Source: Tubulanus polymorphus (lineage: Eukaryota > Animalia > Nemertea). From it: a stretch of 64,000 bases of DNA. Positions 59,810-64,000 of this stretch are shown piece after piece. Made by a program: the position numbers and the translations under genes. The notes beneath the pieces were generated by a model. That model worked only from the letters and a program-made list of their open reading frames with translations, was not told the DNA's origin and searched no databases. Where the stretch lies: positions 14,542,150-14,606,149 of the forward strand of contig NC_134026.1 in assembly GCF_964204645.1 (NCBI RefSeq). The letters are read 5' to 3'. Within the stretch, counting starts at the first letter, position 1, and each line of letters opens with the position of its first letter.

Positions 59810-62626
59810 GTGGTTAGGTTTAGGGTTAGGTTTAGAGATAGAGGTTAGGGGACCAAACCGAAGGTTTGGAGACCCCACTAGTGCACGGGCAGCGGGTAAT
59901 CCCTGTAAACAAGTAGTAAGAGTTAATTGTTGTAGTGAGGCGGTCTACGGGACGTTCATGCCTCGGGGCGTGTTCGTGTCGAGTCGTCGTATCCAGTCTT
60001 GTTCGGCTGCTTCGCGGATCGGTCTCGTGGAGCCTGGTAGGTGTTGGAGACCGTACACCCGAAAGTGTTCGCGGGTGTGGTCGACTTGGTTGAAGTGGTC
60101 CGAGACTGGAGTCGAATTCTTCGTTCTGATGCGTGAGACGTGATGAGTGACGCGTCTTCGTAGAGACATTCCGGTTTGGCCGACGTACAGCATGTTGCAC
60201 TTGGTGCATTCGATGCAGTATACAATTTCACGGGTCGCGCAATTAATTATGTTGCGGATCGCGTGCATTTTGTTGTGGCTGCGGCAAACGGTTGTTTCTC
60301 GGACGAGTGGACACGTACGACATCTCGGTGTCCTGCATTTCTTGTGCCTCGACGTCGGGTTGACGGAGTTCTTTGAATAGACCTGGAAATAGAAGAATTG
60401 GAAACAACGGAAGTATTTCTGTTACGATGCGGTGAAGAGGGGACTCGGGGAGGGGGTGGCTCCGTGGGTTTGAGCTGCGACGAAGTTAGGAGATCTTTGA
60501 GACTCTTGTGCTTGGTGTAGGCGGTGACCGTGGTTACCTCGTCCGACCGGCCGGTGGCCGTAGCCAGTTCCGTAAATCTGGTTCGGATGTTACGGGCTAG
60601 GGTTCGGTTGGCTTCGGAGTGAGGTAAGATAAGCGGTAAACGCTTTTTCGGCGGTTCGTCGGCCCGTTGTTGTTCTCGTAGATCTCGTTCGGCGTGGTGC
60701 CGTAGAGCTTGGCTTTTGATGTGTCGCAGTTCGCGGTCTTTGTAGCCACGACCTCTGAGTACTTTAAGGACGGTTCCGGACGCTGCGTGTAGGTCCGAAT
60801 CGTTATTGCAGATGCGCCGGAACCGGAGAATTTGACTTTTAACTATACCGGAAAATGTGTGTTTGGGGTGAAACGAAGATCGATGTAGTAATTGATGCGA
60901 ATCGGTTGGTTTGAAGTAGACTTTGGTGTCTACTGTACCACTTGTCTCGAATCGCGGGCCTTTGAAAGTGGTTACGGCCAGGAAGTTGACGCTGGTGTCG
61001 CTGATTTCGAACTTGAGTTTGATGGATCGGCTCACTGTTTGTAGGACGTCGATGAATTGCATCAACGTTTCGCGGCCGTGTTCCCAAACTATGTAGATGT
61101 CGTCGATGAACCGAGCGTATAGCGATGGTTGGAGTTCGCTTCTGGACAGACCTTCTTTTTCCCATTCGGCTACAAAGATATTGGCATAAGAAGGAGCAAA
61201 ACGCTTACCCATTGCGGTACCTTTTACCTGTAAATATGTGTTTTCGTTAAAGTTAAAGTCGTTTTTCTTCAGGCTGATTTCGAGTAGTTTCAGCAGCTCG
61301 GCATCCGGGCGTCCCGGGTTTGGGTTATCTCGGAGAGCTTGTCGGATGCTGGCGATACCCTCTTCGTGGGGGATGTTGGCGTAGAGCGAATCGATGTCCA
61401 TGGTGACGAGTAACGCATCGGCGCTAAATTGTTTACCGGCCAAAATATCTAGAAAGTGGTTGGTATCTTTGACGTACGACGGGTGACCGTGGGCGATCGG
61501 CTGCAAATAGTAGTCGATCCATTCCGAAATTTCGTAGGTTTCGGAGCCGCAGTCGGAGACGATCGGGTACTGTCCACTTCTCGCGTTCTTTATGGATTTT
61601 GGGAAGCAGATAGGACTGCCTCTGTTTCGGATTATCGGGCGGTAATAGATATTCGGCGGTTTTTAGCGGGATGATTTTTCGTCGAGCCATATTTTCGATG
61701 ATTTCGCGAATTTCTTCCCCGGTCTGTTCGAAGATCGGTTGCTGCAGCGGCTGATAATACTCGAGATCGGCTAGTTGGCGCATGGCTTCGTGGACGTAGT
61801 CGTCGCGGTCCATGATAACCGTGGCGGAACCCTTATCGGCGGCTTTGATGACAATATTAGTGTTGTCACGCAGCTGCTGGAGGGCTTCGCGTTCCTGTTT
61901 AGTGAGGTTATCATTTACGCGACGCGTATCCCTGGTTTGTTGAGCCAATTCGTGCGCGTCGTTGCAGAACCCGGCGATTACTAGTTCTATTTCATCCGGA
62001 GCCCAACTGCTGGGCAGACGGAAACGCGGAGCCTCGCGGTCCGGTTTGTCTCGGAAGTGATGGTCGAGTTTCACTAGCCGGTTGAATCGGCACACTCCCT
62101 TGGTGCGCTCGGTCGCGGCGGCATCAGAACCGATTTTTGGAGTCGGGCAATAAGTGAGGCCCTTTCGGAGTAGCTGATGTTGCGCCGGACTTAGGCGGAG
62201 TGAACGTGTGAGGTTGACCACCGGGCTCCCGAGAGCGGTGACCGGATCGCGTCGCGCTTGGTTTGGTGCCGGTTCTTCGTGTTCGTCGGACCTGGAAATG
62301 GAAGAAATTAGAGAAGCATTGGTTAATTCCGGTTGATTTAACTCACCAATAGTGGACCCGTTGGTCTCACTAATACTTAGTTTAAACCACTGAGCCAGTG
62401 GTCCAGCAGGGTGTTAGCTGTACCACGGTTCCAGTGGATCCCGTCTCCAACAACTCTGAAGCGTCGATCATCGATGGGTGGTATCGCGGTGACGTCGTCG
62501 TGATTTTCGAGGAGTTCGTTGAACTTCCGGGCGAACTGCTGGTGTTCGCGGGTCGTGTTGAGTTGAACGAAGTGGACGAACGAGTGCTGATACTTTTTGA
62601 CTGCGGCGTTGATCAGGCGCTGTGTA
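59810..62626 (-). mobile_element. Penelope-like element (Neptune-like, Cys linker) with upstream ORF, 5'-truncated
   Basis: KGLTYCPTP, ADKGS, LPKIHK, MDIDSLY, GTAMG, RFIDD, KPTD; linker CRTPRCRTC; GIY-YIG VYCIEC...YVGQT...GMN; frameshifts at ~61560 and ~60340. Confidence 0.92.
62377..62626 (-). CDS. C-terminal part of an SGNH/GDSL-like esterase ORF1 of the Penelope-like element
   Basis: FNELL...GDGIHW (DxxH block V) followed by a helix ending GLN*; same high GC as the RT ORF. Confidence 0.6.
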
Positions 62627-64000
62627 GTCAAACGTCTCCTATCATTGAGGAATGACTTGAACAGTTAGGAATGTACATCGTACACATTCCAAATTAAGGG
62701 TTTAAAAGAAGTTTAAGTGAAAGCCTTATAATTGCGCAATTGCCATGATTGATACGAAAAAGGTTTCTAGAATCGGATGACAATTTATATAGAATTGGAG
62801 TCAGATGTGCATTGTTTTGGGGGTGTTCGAACTTCGCTGAATCACTGAATCGTTGATTATTATATTAATTTCGCTGATTTGAATTTACGCTGAATCCATG
62901 CACATTTTACATATTCTAAAGAAAATGTTTCATTTGACCGATTCATTGATAAATTTCGTTATATATATTCTATAAAAATTCAGTTGGATTACGGTAACGA
63001 ATGTATTTTGCGGAGAGCGGTAACGGCTTTCGGCTTACGTCATCGGTACTTCGATGTAGTCTAACGGCTTTAATAGGGATTCGCCCTGGGGACCCGAGTT
63101 TCAGATATGACAGAAAAATATATAAAAAATCGTGACGATTGTAAGTTGAGGCAAGGATTGAAATGAAATCATTTGACTGCTGGATGTAATCAAAAATAAC
63201 AAATAAACTGATGCCGAAATAGTCTACCTTTTAATTCAGTTGGTTTTCCTTAGAAGCTGTTTGAAAGAATCTACTGCAGAAAAGTGACTGTTGTAAAACA
63301 TCTGATGTGCTAGTGTGCTAGCATTTTGATAGTGCATACTGGCAGTAGATGACTGTAACCAACCGATTGTAAACAGCGACTTAGTGATAGTAACTCCTAC
63401 CACAATAGCTACTCTCAAAACACATCGTTTCTAAAAGTCAACTAGTGAAAAATGACCATTTTGAGATGGCACGTTAATTTCCTGGTCAAAATAGCCACAT
63501 CTGTTAAAGATATGCAGTGATACGTGGCAGGGTCAAAGGTACTGTTAAACCCCATATGCTTTGTATACAGAACTCCGTATGCTTTGAATACAGTTCTGTC
63601 AATAGAAATCCTAGTTTCTGAGTTGCTAAGAGCCCCCTAAATTATATCACGCTCAACAAAATGGGAATAACCAATAGGAAAACTATTGATTTATATAACA
63701 CCATTATGGATTAAATCCGTTAAAACAAGTATTGTGCCAGATCTAATATGGAATTTTATGATTTTTGTTTTATATTTGCGATTATAAAACATGCTGGTGC
63801 ATTCATACTGTCATAAATCCTTGATTCTGTAGAAATGAATTTGTCTTCAAGGATATTTGAGAGACGAAAATACAAATAAAATCATATGTTCATGAAATGG
63901 ATTATGTCTTTAGATCTCTTTACTTGGAAGACTACAACAAATTTTCCCAAAAATTGTATCTAAAATACTTAGAATTAACCTACAATTAACCTACAATTAT
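62627..64000. repeat. Inverted copy of 52148-53341, running off the window
   Basis: Reverse-complement match with a ~0.2-kb insertion near 62750-62940. Confidence 0.88.

Noticed and set aside
59810-59850. True telomere or chromosome fusion point
   Set aside because: Only ~40 bp of degenerate repeats, with ordinary sequence on both sides.
60378-60410. Splice-acceptor-like TTCTTC(T/C)ATTTCCAG|GTC repeated at ~62288-62310 (minus strand)
   Set aside because: Both lie in open RT-frame sequence, and a 1-bp deletion at ~60340 (GTRK-C) explains the frame break without an intron; not fully excluded.

Overview
Repeat-dense animal (probably invertebrate) genomic window. The only recognisable host coding sequence is the last exon of P5CS/ALDH18A1 (19732-19907). 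The window holds three decayed copies of one very AT-rich Polinton/Maverick (adintovirus-like) element: A (1-~12890, +), C (15312-~18696, +) and the near-complete B (25665-~43370). Their genes include pPolB, integrase, packaging ATPase, major and minor capsid proteins, an HNH nuclease and several membrane proteins; no adenain protease is recognisable. A 2.9-kb non-autonomous derivative with ~590-bp TIRs and a 6-bp TSD lies at 22322-25224. One Mag-type Gypsy element (LTRs 55301-55455 and 20588-20742) is spread over ~35 kb by nested insertions: the mini-Polinton, Polinton B and a 10.4-kb TIR transposon that itself contains a Penelope-like element and a solo LTR. A CR1/L2-group LINE and a second Penelope-like element are also present. 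Main observations: (1) poxvirus-late-type T-run/spacer/TAAATG starts on most Polinton genes, plus a second motif on non-structural genes; (2) every intact Polinton end folds into a long hairpin with covarying arms; (3) a circularly permuted B-type segment sits inside copy A's capsid gene; (4) a U_UUA_AAC slippery site plus stem/pseudoknot puts an SGNH-like ORF in frame with a Penelope reverse transcriptase. All calls are from motif reading only; no searches were run.
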